Positions 1-13,804 of a stretch of DNA of 64,000 nucleotides are shown here, in pieces (position 1 is the first letter of the stretch; each line of letters begins with the position of its first letter). The position numbers and the translations under genes were made by a program. The stretch comes from Eledone cirrhosa (lineage: Eukaryota), in assembly GCA_964016885.1 (NCBI GenBank), contig OZ024761.1, positions 16,492,001-16,556,000 on the forward strand, in the 5' to 3' direction. The notes beneath the pieces were generated by a model. The model worked only from the letters and a program-made list of their open reading frames with translations. It was not told the DNA's origin and ran no database searches.

Positions 1-329
1 TAGTGGGGTCTTTTCCTGCTCACACCTCACTCGCGTCAGACGGTCTGTAGTCTCTTGCCCATGTAATCCACACAGCTAAAGCTGATCGAACTCCCATGTG
101 CTTGTTTTTTTCCTATCTTTGCGTTGCTATCCTTCTATGTTTGTTTACTTGTCTCGCTCGCTTTACGCGATTTACTTTGTACAATAGCTGTATTTAGCTA
201 TTGCTCGCACCACTGGAGGTATATGATCTTTAAAGCAATGAAATACCAATGTAGGTTGGAAAATCACTGATGAAGGACTATTATCATCATATGTAACCCA
301 TGTGCAACCACGCAGTATTCTTTCTTCTC

Positions 330-381
<52 letters not shown>

Positions 382-455
382 TATACATAATTTCTCTATA
401 TAGAAATATACATATATATATATACACACACACAATTTCTTTATACAGAAATATA

Positions 456-570
456 CACGAAGTGGTGTTGAAACGTTCCCGGCTTTGGGTAACAGAAAGA
501 ACAGGGATTATTTAATTATGATTTTATTGAACATATTCCCCACCCAGATTCATACACTTATTGCAGCGGT
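456..570 (+). mobile_element. Mariner-like terminal fragment
   Basis: CGAAGTGGTGTTGAAACGTTCCCGGCTT resembles the mariner-type TIRs seen elsewhere in the window. No transposase sequence is present. Confidence 0.4.
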
Positions 571-571
571 T

Positions 572-607
<36 letters not shown>

Positions 608-1022
608 AAGAGAGAGAAAGAGAGAGAAAGAGAGAGAGAGGCAAAGAAATTTACAGCTCACACTTATGCATCATAAGGGGGTATCTTGGGTGTTTTTATG
701 ACAGGGTGCCCCAGTCCTCTCATGGTTAAACACACACAGAGACAGACAGACAGACACATACCAAGAAGCCAAGTGAAAGTCTGAATTATGAAAAAGATTC
801 CACTTAGACTAAAGTAGTCGGGGAGGGGTATGTTTCAAAGGGATGTTTTAGGGGTCAAAGAGAGAGAGTAAGAAGAGAGAGAGAGAGTAAAGATATAGAT
901 ATATATATAGAGAGAGAGAGGGAGAGAGGGAGATATAAAAAGTAGAGAGAGAGTGAGAGAGAGAGAGAGGGAGAGAGGGAGAGAGGGAGATATAAAAAGG
1001 AGATAGAGTAAAGAGAGAGTAA

Positions 1023-1095
<73 letters not shown>

Positions 1096-1911
1096 TAGAG
1101 AGAGATAGAGAGAGAGAGAGAGAATAGAAAAAAGAAGAGAGAGATAAGATAGAGAGAAAGAGCAAGAGCTTGGTTGACTGACTGACTGTGTGTCTGTCTG
1201 TCTGTCTCTTGTTTTTAAGGCAGAGGCTAGGGGTTGAGAGTGGGGTGTGGTGGGGTGCTAAGACTGCCATATTACTGCTGCTGCCACTACTACTACTACT
1301 GCAACCAACACCACTCTGCATTAATACCTCCACATAAAGGGGAGGTAACTACTAAAAACAACTAGGTTAGTCTGATATTAAGCAACATACCAGATGAGAG
1401 AGAGAGGGAGGGGGCAGAGAGGGGGGGAGATGAGGAAGAGAAAGAGAGAGAGGGGAAAGCGAAGGGATAGAGAAAGTGAATAGATAAAGGGGAAGGAGGG
1501 GAAAGAAAGTGGAGAGAGGAGAGAGTGAACAGAAAGAGAGAAGAGCAAAAAGAGTGAAGGGTGGGGAGAAAAATAGAGGGAGAGGAGTGAAGGAGTGGGG
1601 AAAGAAATAGAGGGAAAGGAGTGAAGGAGTGGGGAGAGTGTGAGAGAGAGAGGACAGTCAAGACTTTTTACTTCTTGAGGGAGTGAGACATTTAATTTGA
1701 CAGACATTCCTGAGTTACTCGCCAAACTAATATCACTGGTATTGAGTACTATAAGGGTTGGTTTGATGAGTAACTAAGTGGTTTTAGGGTTCAGTCATAC
1801 CATGTGGTTCTTCGAGTGTCAGCTACGATAGAGGTTGTCAATGTGAGACTCTCATATGCAGGAAATAACTGTAATTAACAATGTAGGAGTACATTTTCTG
1901 GGATGTAACAC

Positions 1912-2272
1912 CACCCCAGGGGCAGGCCACCTTGTGGTCCAAGTGGACAGACCGGAGAAATTGTTGGAGAACATTTTCAAGTATATAGCACCCCAGGAGC
2001 AGGCCACCTTGTGGTCCAAGTGGACAGACCGGAGAAATTGTTGGAGAACATTTTCAGGTATATAGCACCCCAGGGGCAGACCACCTTGTGGTCCAAGTGG
2101 ACAGACCGGAGAAATTGTTGGAGAACATTTTCAGGTATATCGCACCCCAGGGGCAGACCACCTTGTGGTCCAAGTGGACAGACCGGAGAAATTGTTGGAG
2201 AACATTTTCAAGTATATAGCACCCCAGGGGTAGGCCACCTTGTGGTCCAAGTTGACAGAGTGGAGAAATTGT
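1912..2272. repeat. 77-bp tandem repeat, ~4.7 copies
   Basis: CACCCCAGG recurs every 77 bp. Confidence 0.9.
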
Positions 2273-2594
2273 TGCCCCTGGAAGATGGCAAATGGAGACA
2301 CATTGAAATAGCCAGTCTTCCAAACTCATGGCTCTCACTCCAGCAGGTGGTAACTCCACCCTGATAACAGTGAGTAAAGGAAGTGGTCCGTGGACCAACA
2401 ACACTGGAAGTCAAGGAGGTTCGAAGACAGCAAACCTATCAGAAAAGAAGGGACCACAAGGCAGCTTGCGCTTGGGGTTCTGCACACCAGAGAACCTTCT
2501 CCCACACCATACAGTTTCATACCATTGCAGTAGAGATGTTTGAATATTCCTTCACTCACACACGTGCACAAACTTCTTTTTCTTTGCCCACTTA

Positions 2595-2890
2595 TTCCTG
2601 AGAGGGTCGTGGAGGCAGAGTGCTCAGACACTCCTTCCAGAAGCAGCCGTCTCCAACTGATCCAGCTGGATCCCCAAGCGTGACCAGCCAAGCTCATGGA
2701 TGTTATCCAACCATCTTGCTCGTGGTCTACCCCTGGGTCTCTTGTCTGTTGGCTTTGCCCAACAAATCTGTCTCGCAGTTCTTTCCCTAAGACATTCTAA
2801 CCACATTCCCATAGTATCGGAACAGTGATCTCTCAATTTGGAGAAGTAGCGGCTCTACCTGGAGCAACTCTCTGGTCTCCGAGTTACGGA
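2595..2890 (-). mobile_element. 3' remnant of a second RTE-type LINE family
   Basis: Frameshifted VEPLLLQIERS...ERTARQICWAKPTDKRPRGRPRARWLDNI. Related pieces lie at ~5560-5660, 6000-6120 and 6390-6460. Confidence 0.7.
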
Positions 2891-2899
2891 GGAACCCCA

Positions 2900-3390
2900 T
2901 TTCAGTTTTTTTTTTTCTCCTAATTAGGCCAGAGAATGATAGACAGTGAAGTTAGTTGCCCCAGCATGGTCACAGACTGAATGAAGCAGATAAGGTGGGG
3001 GAGGATGGGAGTAAGGAGTGAGCCAGGAAGGCAGCCTCAGTATAGTGGGGAGGGGGTCTCCTAATTAGGTTAGAGAGTGATGAAGAATGAAGTTAGTTGC
3101 CCCAGCATGGCCACAGACTGAATGAAGAAGAGAAGAGCGGAGTAAGGAAGAGGTGTAAGCCAGGGAGGCAGCCCCAGTCTAGTTTTTCTTCTCCCAATTA
3201 GGCCAGAGAATTATGGACAATGAAGTTAGTTGCCCCAGCATGGCCAGAGACTGAATGAAGGAGGTAGGAGGAGGAGAGAGGGGAGTAAGGAGGAGGAGAG
3301 AGGGGAGTAAGGAGGAGGAGTAAGCCAGGAAGGCAGCCTCAGTCTAGTTTTCTTCTTCTCCCAATTAGGCCAGAAACTGATGGACAATCA
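2900..3390. repeat. Degenerate ~140-170-bp tandem repeat, 3-4 copies
   Basis: Recurring AATTAGGCCAGAGAA...GAAGTTAGTTGCCCCAGCATGG. Confidence 0.8.
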
Positions 3391-4444
3391 ACTTGTGTGT
3401 TATGTTGTAAAGTTGTCTGATGTAAGTAGTTGAACTTCACCAACAGAGACAGCTTTTTTTTTTTCTCTCTCCTCTCTCTGACACACACATACTTCTACCC
3501 TCTCTCTCAACCACTCTTCCACTCTCTCTCTCTCTCTATAGGTCTTATCTGCTCCTCCATAAAGAATTTCTCTTGATAACAGACCCATTCCACTGGCACC
3601 AATCATATCCCCACCAACATATGTGTATATGCGTGTCTGTGTATAATCATATATATATATATATATACATACATACCCCCACACAAACATATTTACACAT
3701 GTATACACACATAGATAGTCTATATGTGTGTGTGTATATAAACAGACCACAGATGACTAAGGGTTTAGGAGATTTATAAATAGACACAGATGTAATGCTA
3801 TCACCTTATTTCTATAAATAAAAAAGATTTCTAAAGTTTAGCAAACTTCAAGTGAAGCTGAAATTAAGCATTTTATTTTATTATTTGATGTTATGATTAA
3901 CTAAATCACTTCAAGACGATGCCTCAGCATGGCCACAGTCAAATGGCTGAAGCCAGTTGGAAAATGATGGTAAAATGGTTACTAAAGATTAGTCAATATA
4001 TCAATTTATCATGATCAATCAAACTTCTGAAACGCTCGTAAATCAAAGAACGAATTAAGCACTAAACTTTGCCTTTTGCTTTCATTGTACAAAACGTATA
4101 TATAAATATATATATGAAGGTGGGCTTGTTGACTATGAAGGAGTGATGATGCTAGAGCTATGAAATCGTGCATGCATTAATTTCAACTCTTCTTAATAAC
4201 TGCATTGCTTCTTTCCAGGGACTATGTTGAAAAATAAACATCATTTGGCTACTCCATGAGTATCTTGATCAGCCTATGAATTTTTCAGTCGACCTTCGTA
4301 TGTGTATGTGTGTATACACACATAGTTGGGCAGAATTGCGTGGTCACTGGCGTCATTGGAATATGTATCACAGCCTTATCAATAAAGGACATTAACATCT
4401 GAAACTACTTGGCAATTTTTTATTCTTAAATATACTCTGTCATT

Positions 4445-5093
4445 CCTCTAACAAAATACACACCCCACCCCCTGTCCCACTACCCTCACCACATCCACAC
4501 CACCCCCTTCAATGTAAAGTTATGTTGGTACCACAACATCCAGTCCGAAACAAATGAGGTCGTGTAGGTGTCACGACAAAAAAAAAAAAACACAGTCCAC
4601 GCTGTAATGTGGCCGTGTAGGTAACACGGTAAAAACCTCCCAGTCCACACTGTAAATGTGGTTGGTGTTAGGAAGGGCACCCAGCCGTAGAAAACCCGCC
4701 AGACGTGTAGGTGTCTCACGACAAAAAAAAACACAGTCTACACTGTAATGTGGCCGTGTAGGTAACACGGTAAAAACCTCCCAGCCCCACACTGTAAACG
4801 TGGTTGGTGTTGGGAAGGGCACCCAGCCGTAGAAAACCCGCCAGACGTGTAGGTGTCACGACAAAAAAAAACACACAGTCCACGCTGTAATGTGGCCGTG
4901 TAGGTAACATGGTAAAAAACCTCCCAGCCCCACACTGTAAATGTGGTCGGTGCTGGGAAGGGCACCCAGCCGTAGAAAACCCGCCAGACAGTCCTATACG
5001 AGCAGGACAACCAATCTTGCCTCAAGTGGGAAAACTCCTGTCCAAACCCATGCAAGCGTTGAAGATGGACGTTAAACGATGATGATGATGATG
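4445..5093 (+). mobile_element. SINE-like element family B with internal tandem expansion
   Basis: Shares the body CACTGTAAATGTGGTTGGTGTTAGGAAGGGC with family A and ends AACCCATGCAAGC...GGACGTTAAAC(GAT)n. A ~140-bp segment is present three times. An unexpanded copy lies at 53645-53983, and relatives at 13395-13642, 22330-22560(-), 35447-35690 and 40718-41182. Confidence 0.8.
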
Positions 5094-5135
5094 GGTGCTT
5101 GAATTGAATTGCATCACTGTTTACTGTGTGTGTGA

Positions 5136-5180
<45 letters not shown>

Positions 5181-5227
5181 GTCTAACCCATGCTTGCGTG
5201 GAAGATGGACGTTAAATGATGATGATG

Positions 5228-5342
<115 letters not shown>

Positions 5343-6496
5343 GGGTGGACCGAAAAGTTCATAGGCTGACTATGAAGGAGTGATGCTAGAGCTGTGAAAT
5401 CTTGCAAGCATTAATTTCAGCTCTTCATAATAATAATAACTGCATTGTTTCTTCCCAGGGCCTATGTTGAAAAATAAACATCATTTGGTCATTCCATGAG
5501 AGTATCTTGGTCAGCCTATTTCAACTCTTCTTATTAATAACTGCATTGTTTCTTTCTAGGGACACACTCTATCCTAGTTGTTATTAAGCAACCATCTTGC
5601 TCGGAGTGGGTTTACCCCTGGGTCTCCTACTGGTTAGTTTTCGCCCATAAAAATCTTTAGGCGGGAAGTGGTCATCAGTCATCCTGTCTAATTGGTTATG
5701 GTTTACTGGCACATTTCAAACAAGGAATAAAGACATACCTCAATTTATGTTACAAAAAACATTTTTTATATAGGAGCAATTACAAAATATATACGAATAC
5801 ATTAATGCTCCTAGGTTGGGAATATGTTTAAAAGGTCAAATACTACCACGTGGTGTTGGTGTCATCTCTTGAGCCACTGTGTGATTATCGCACGTCTATT
5901 GTACAAATGTTATCGTCTCAGCCACTGACGTCAGAACTAAGGGCAGTTAATCGACTGTGTAGGCAGTCGACGCTAGATGGCGTGATCTTCTACAAATCTC
6001 TCCAGCGATTCATTCCCGATACATTCTAACTTACATGCCCTATTATCAGAGCTGTGATCTCTGAATTCGGAGAAGTAGTGGCTCTACCTGAAGTGACTCT
6101 CTGATTTCCAAGCTATACACACTTTAACCCTTTAATATTTACATTGTTGGCCTTGTGCCTAAAGTAGAAACAATTATTCTATATTTACTATTGTATTTTC
6201 ATAGTAAACACTTTACCTAATATCAAAACTAAAAGATTGATATTTATTTTGTGAACAATACCTTAACATCAATATCAATGGCCAGTTACAGCCAGTTTGA
6301 ATAGAAAGAGGTGAGAGAAGACTGACCGCATATGGCCAGTTTAAAGGGCTAAAATCTAAATCTCCTTCAAACCTGGAGGCTTATTAGTATCAGAGCTGTG
6401 ATCTCCCAATTCAGAGAAGGAGCAGCTCTACCTGGAGTGATACTCCCCGATCTCGAAGTCACACACTTGTATACCCTACTTTCCAAAAGGGGTTAA

Positions 6497-6717
6497 CCCT
6501 TTAGCATTTACATTACTCTATATATACTATTGTATTTTTGTGGTAAAGGCTTTATCTTACATAATTATCGCACATAATTTCAAATCTATGAGATTTTGAT
6601 GTTATTTATTTTGAGAACAATACCTTAACATCAGTATAAACAGCTGGTAACAGCCAGTTTAAACAGAAAGAGGCGAGACAATTCTGGCCGGATCTGGCCG
6701 GTTTAAATGCTAAAGGG
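6497..6717 (+). mobile_element. piggyBac-type MITE (~220 bp)
   Basis: TTAA|CCCTTTAGCATTTA...TAAATGCTAAAGGG|TTAA: 14-bp TIRs starting CCC, with a TTAA duplication. Partial or degenerate copies lie at 6124-6350, 22875-23280, 25922-26112, 28372-28566 and 43272-43822. Confidence 0.88.
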
Positions 6718-7218
6718 TTAAAGTAACAATGCAAAAACAAAAACCTTTACTCTTGATATTTCAACAAAAGTTTCTATGGTAAACTTTTTAACTGACAGAT
6801 GGGGGCCAGATAAAACTAGGGGATGCTCTGCAGATTCTGCTAAATCTCTTTAGCTAGATAGTAAAGATGGTACTGGTGTGTGTGTGTGTGGTGTGTTGTG
6901 TGTGTTGTGTGTGTTGTGTGTGTGTGTGTGTGTGGTGTGTGTGTGTGGTGTGTGGTGTGTGGCGTGTGTGTTGGGGGGGGGGCAGCACTTGTGAAGTGTA
7001 ATAGATCCTAGAGGCCCTGATAAGATGGTGGGGTGGGTGAGGGGGGGGGGGATAGGGGGAGAGAGAGAGAGAGAATAGTGGAAGGGGTTGAAGCCTGCTG
7101 ACTATATTCAAACTATGTTCCACTTGGTGTAGGTTTGTAAAATAAGTAACATTGATATGAAGTGTGAGTCATAGACCATTCATTGAGGAGGGGGAGGAGG
7201 AGATGTTAGAGATATAGG

Positions 7219-8945
<1,727 letters not shown>

Positions 8946-9221
8946 TGTGTGTTTGTGTGTTACATCGTTTCAAGAGATTTGCTGCTATCACCACCACCAC
9001 TACTACTACTACTACATGAATTACCACATCATAGTTATAAGAAACTAGCTACTACCACTAATATTTTCATTAATTACCACCACCATATCCGGGTTACTAT
9101 TAGGTACTACTACTAATACTACTACCACCACAACAGGGTTACTATTATTATTAGTGGTAATATAAGATTCAGTTTACTTCCTAGTTTGTTAGCAGTGGTT
9201 AAATAATTAACATCATCATCA

Positions 9222-9456
9222 CCACTTTACAGGGTGGACTGGGTGTATTTTATCATGGCACCAGCACTACAACTTTACAGGGTGGACTGTGTGTATTTTA
9301 TCATGGCACCAGCACTACAACTTTACAGGGTGGACTGGGTGGATTTTATCACGGCACCAGCACTACAACTTTACAGGGTGGACTGGGTGGATTTTATCAT
9401 GGCACCAGCACTACAACTTTACAGGGTGGACTGGGTGGATTTCATCATGGCACCAG
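9222..9456 (-). repeat. 48-bp SINE-derived tandem repeat, 5 copies
   Basis: Unit ACTTTACAGGGTGGACTGGGTGGATTTTATCATGGCACCAGCACTACA. Confidence 0.92.
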
Positions 9457-10829
9457 ATGGAGTTTGGTTTTGTGCCTGGCAAGAGTACAACAGATGCCCT
9501 CTTCTTGGTGATACAATTGCAAGAGAGGTTCTTAGAGAAAAATAAGCCACTATACTTAGCCTTTGTTGACCTAGAGAGGTCCTTTGATAGGGTACCCCGA
9601 TCTGTCATCTGGTGGTCCCTAAGGAAACTAGGTGTTGAGGAATGGCTTGTGAGGACAGTGCAAACTTTGTACAGAGGTACTCTCAGTAAAGTCAGGGTAG
9701 GAATGGAGTTTAGTGAGGAATTCCAGATACAAGTAGGAGTACATCAAGGTTCGGTCCTCAGCCCGCTCTTGTTCATTATAATCCTCCAAGCCATAACAGA
9801 GGAGTTTAAGACTGGCTGTCCATGGGAACTTCTCTATGCTGACGATCTGGTTCTTATAGCAGAATCAGTAGAGGAGCTAGAGAATAAATTCTGGCTATGG
9901 AAACAGCAGTCGGAATCAAGAGGACTGAGAGTAAATCTAGCTAAGACAAAAGTGTTGAGTAGAAAAGAGGACAAAACCCTGATTCCGTCAGGGAAATGGC
10001 CATGTTCGATATGTAGAAAAGGAACTGGCATAAATTCTATAAAATGCACACAATGTAGAACCTGGGTACACAAGATATGTAACGGGATAGCAGGCAAACT
10101 AACAGGTAGGGAGAAATATGTATGCAGTAGATGTACAGGGAAATTAGACAGTAAAAGTCGCATTGATAGACACATTTTTCAAATGCAGGAGGGTGCTATA
10201 GAAGTGGTGGATAGCTTCCGGTACCTAGGAGATCAGATTAGCATGGGAGAAGGGTGTTCCGAGGCCATAGTATCTAGAATAAGGACGGGTTGGAAGAAGT
10301 TTAGGGAGCTGCTTCCTCTGCTGACGAAGAAGGGTTTCTCCCTACGTACGAAAGGCTGGTTGTATGATGCCTGTGTGAGGAGCGCGATGCTGCATGGTAG
10401 TGAGACATGGGCAGCAACTGCAGAGGATATGCGACGGCTGGAGAGAAATGAGGCAAGCATGCTCCGTTGGATGTGCAGTGTCAATGTGCGTGAACGACCC
10501 AGCATGAATGTGTTGAGAGAGAAACTGTGTCTGAGAGGGATAGAATGTAGAGTACAGGAGAAGAGACTGAGGTGGTATGGACATGTGATGCGCATGGAGG
10601 ATGACCGATGGGTGAAGAAGTGCCAGGAAATGCCAGTTGAAGGGAGACGTAGTAGAGGTAGACCACGAAAAACATGGGCGGAGGTGGTGAGAACAGACCT
10701 CAAATCGTTGAAGTTCACAGTGGAGATGACGAAGGACGGTGACAAGTGGAGAGATGCTGTGCTGAATAAGACCCGTCCCACCCTTGCGAGCAGGGAAGAG
10801 CGGACGTAAAATGATGATGATGATGATGA
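9457..10829 (+). mobile_element. 5'-truncated RTE-clade LINE, uninterrupted RT C-terminal ORF with (ATG)n tail
   Basis: RT motifs FGFVPGKSTTDA, AFVDLERSFDRVP, GVHQGSVLSPLLF, LLYADD, FRYLG, RLRWYGHVMR and RGRPRKTW. The stop at 10809 is directly followed by (ATG)n. Confidence 0.95.
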
Positions 10830-10953
10830 ACTTGGCCTTAAAAAAAACTGTAGAACCCTGACATATTAAAAGAATACAAGTGGCCTGATGAGTGGATAAG
10901 TCAGTCAGTGGTGTGAGCCAACAAAAATAACAAAGCCATTATTGACAACTTAA

Positions 10954-11169
10954 CCCTTTAGCATTTAAACCAGCTGAATCTGGCCACAATATTCTACCCC
11001 ATTCTGTTCAAACCAGTTGTAACTAGCCACTCATACTGATGTTAAGGTATTGTTCTCAAAATAAATAATATCAAAGTCTCACAGATTCGATAAGTGAGAT
11101 ATTATGTGAGATAAAGCCTTTATCATGAAAATATAATAGTAAATATAGAGTAATGTAAATGTTAAAGGG
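10954..11169 (-). mobile_element. piggyBac-type MITE
   Basis: Same TIRs and TTAA flanks, in the opposite orientation. Confidence 0.88.
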
Positions 11170-11199
11170 TTAAATCTCCCATTGCACACAGTCCAGAGG

Positions 11200-12400
11200 A
11201 TGCAGAAGGAGTTAGAGGACAGTAAACATTGACAGATGGACAATGTAGCTGCTAGGAAAACTCATAATTGCAGTAAACAAAGGATGAGAGATACTGATTT
11301 CATCGAGAAAGTTGAGCAGTTCATTGAGGAAGACCTCCTCCATTGGGATATATAAGATTGCCAGGTAACTAGGCTGTGATGTGAAGACTGTTAGGATTTG
11401 TGTGAATGGAGGCACATGGCTTAGTGGTTAGAGTATTGGCCTTGGAATCAAAAGGTTGAGAGTTCAATTCTCAGACCGGGTGATGTGTTGTTTCCTTGAG
11501 CAAGACACTTTATTTCACATTGCTCCAGTTTACTCAGCTGTAGAAATGAGATGATAGGGACTGGGGTCCCTATCATTCCACTGCAGAGTGGTCGTGGAGG
11601 TGCCATGGCAAAAAAGGACCCACCACTCACTGTAAATGAGGTTGGTGTTAGGAAGGGCATCCAGCTGTAGAAATCAAGCCAGAATCAGTTCCCGTCCCAC
11701 CCTTGCAAGCAGGGAAAAGCGGACGTAAAATGAAATGATGATGATGAATGCTGATGATGAAGACCTTCATTATAAGTCTTACATGATCCAGACAGGACAA
11801 CTTCTCACTCAATAGTCCAAGGAGAACTATATGAAGAGAGCCAAGAAGCTGTTGAACAAGTTGAAGTATCTTCAAACATGTTGGGGCTTTTCTCAGATGA
11901 AAAAAAAAAACTTTTGCCAGAACAAGGTATATAACAAGCTGAATCTCAGGTGGTTAGCAGTTAGCCTACATGATGTTCCTAATGTCATAAAAATGAAGTT
12001 TCCTGTCCGGATCATGGATTTTTTTTGGCGTGATTAGCAGTGAGGGATCTGTTATGACCCGGTCACATTTTTAATGTGGGCCTGTAGGTGAACCAGGATG
12101 TGTACCAGGGGCTTCGGGAGACTGTGGTAAAGCCCTGGATTGAAGAGGTAGCAGAGGAAAGACCTTATGTATTCCAGTAAGATTTTTCACCAACATACAC
12201 GGCCAAGAAGATTCAAAAGTGGCTCTCAGACAACTTTTACGGCCATGTAAACTCTGAAATGTGGCCTCCTAACTCTCTCGATTGTGGTCCTCTGGACTAG
12301 TGTCTGGGGTGCAGTCAAGAGGGTGACCAACAAGACAGCTTGTAACACCAAGAATAAGGTGAAGCAGTGCATCTGCCAAGCATTCTAAGATTTTTCAGCT
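11200..12400 (+). pseudogene. Decayed Tc1/mariner DD37D (maT) transposase, split by a SINE
   Basis: KIAR*LGCDVKTVRICVN|[SINE]|EDLHYKSY...KRAKKLLNKLK, FSDEK, RWLA...KFP, VKPWIEEVAEERPYVFQ*D...WPPNSLDCGPLD. There are 37 residues between the second and third catalytic D (12181-12297). Confidence 0.88.
11407..11745 (+). mobile_element. tRNA-head / CORE-like SINE with RTE-derived tail (family A)
   Basis: A box TGGCTTAGTGG, B box AGTTCAATTC, MIR-CORE-like CCTTGAGCAAG...CTCAGCTGTAGAAATG, 3' end matching LINE 10772-10812, and a (TGA)n tail. Confidence 0.9.
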
Positions 12401-12587
12401 GATTCTGATTTAGCCCTTTAGCATTAGTTTCTTTTCAGGGACGATTTTGAAAAACAAACCTCATTTGGTCATTCCATGAGAGTATCTTGGTTGGTCAGCC
12501 TATGAACTTTTCAGTTAACCTTCATAAACGATGTGATGTTTGTGGAAAAATAAGACAAAATAATAAAAAAAAAATTTTAAATATTCA

Positions 12588-12710
<123 letters not shown>

Positions 12711-12867
12711 TCAAAACAACCCTGAGAGAGAGAGAGAGAGAGAAAAAGAGAGAGAAATGAATTGGTATTGTAAAGATGGTTAACAGAAGTTCATTGATGG
12801 AACATCACTGGAAACAGAAATGAATTTTAAAATAGAAATGAACTTTAATGAAAATATTGACAGGTAT

Positions 12868-13131
12868 ATCATCATCATTTTACGTCCGCTTTTCCTTGCT
12901 TGCAAGGGTGAGACGGGAACTGATTCTGGCTTGATTTCTACAGCTGGATGCCCTTCCTAACACCAACCTCATTTACAGAGAGTGCTGGGTGCTTTTTATC
13001 CGTGGCACCTCCACGACCACTTTGCAGTGGAATGATAGGGGCCCCAGTCCCTATCATCTCATTTCTACAGCTGAGTAAACTGGAGCAATGTGAAATAAAG
13101 TGTCTTGCTCAAGGAAACAACACATCACCCG

Positions 13132-13134
<3 letters not shown>
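12868..13134 (-). mobile_element. SINE family A, 5' head missing, abutting (TA)n
   Basis: Reverse complement of 11475-11740. Confidence 0.9.
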
Positions 13135-13174
<40 letters not shown>

Positions 13175-13330
13175 TGCCTGTCAATATTTTCATTTGACAG
13201 TGCCTCTACACAAGGAGTTATGGAATCTTTATCCTTTTATATAGATAGACTCATATATACAGACATTTATATTCACATATATACATATGTGCAAGAATGG
13301 AAAATAGACATTAAACAATGATGATGATAT

Positions 13331-13380
<50 letters not shown>

Positions 13381-13804
13381 CAATATGCCCCCACGCACCC
13401 CACCGCAAAAAAGCACCCAGCCCACACTGTAAAGTGGACGTGTAGGCGCCACGAAAAAGCACCCAGCACTCACTGTAAATGAGGTTGGTGTTAGGAAGGG
13501 CATCCAGCTGTAGAAATCAAGCCAAATCAGTTCCTGTATGAGCAAGGCATGGTCAGCCGACCAGACACTGCCCACGACAGGACAACCCGTCTAACCCATG
13601 CTAGCGTGGAAGAAAGGGCGTAAAACGGTGATGATGATGATATATTCTATAAAGGATTCTTTAAAGGAAAATTTAATTTTACAAGGTTTATTTCTTTTTT
13701 TTTATTTAATTTAAATAAAAACTAAAGATGCTCTGCTTATTAAGCCACAGGTAACTGGTTCAAACCAGACTTACAATTTCACAGTTTACCAGTCTCACAG
13801 GTCA

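Noticed and set aside
262-300. CTGATGAAGG hammerhead-like start (also CTGATGAG at 10885 and 43222)
   Set aside because: No stem II followed by GAAA downstream.
5625-5680. Minus-strand CTGATGA...GAAA resembling a hammerhead
   Set aside because: The GAAA side belongs to an RTE 3' remnant, stem II does not abut the core, and there is no stem I.
11407-11480. tRNA gene
   Set aside because: The A/B boxes belong to a SINE head that continues into CORE-like and LINE-derived parts, and no full cloverleaf forms.
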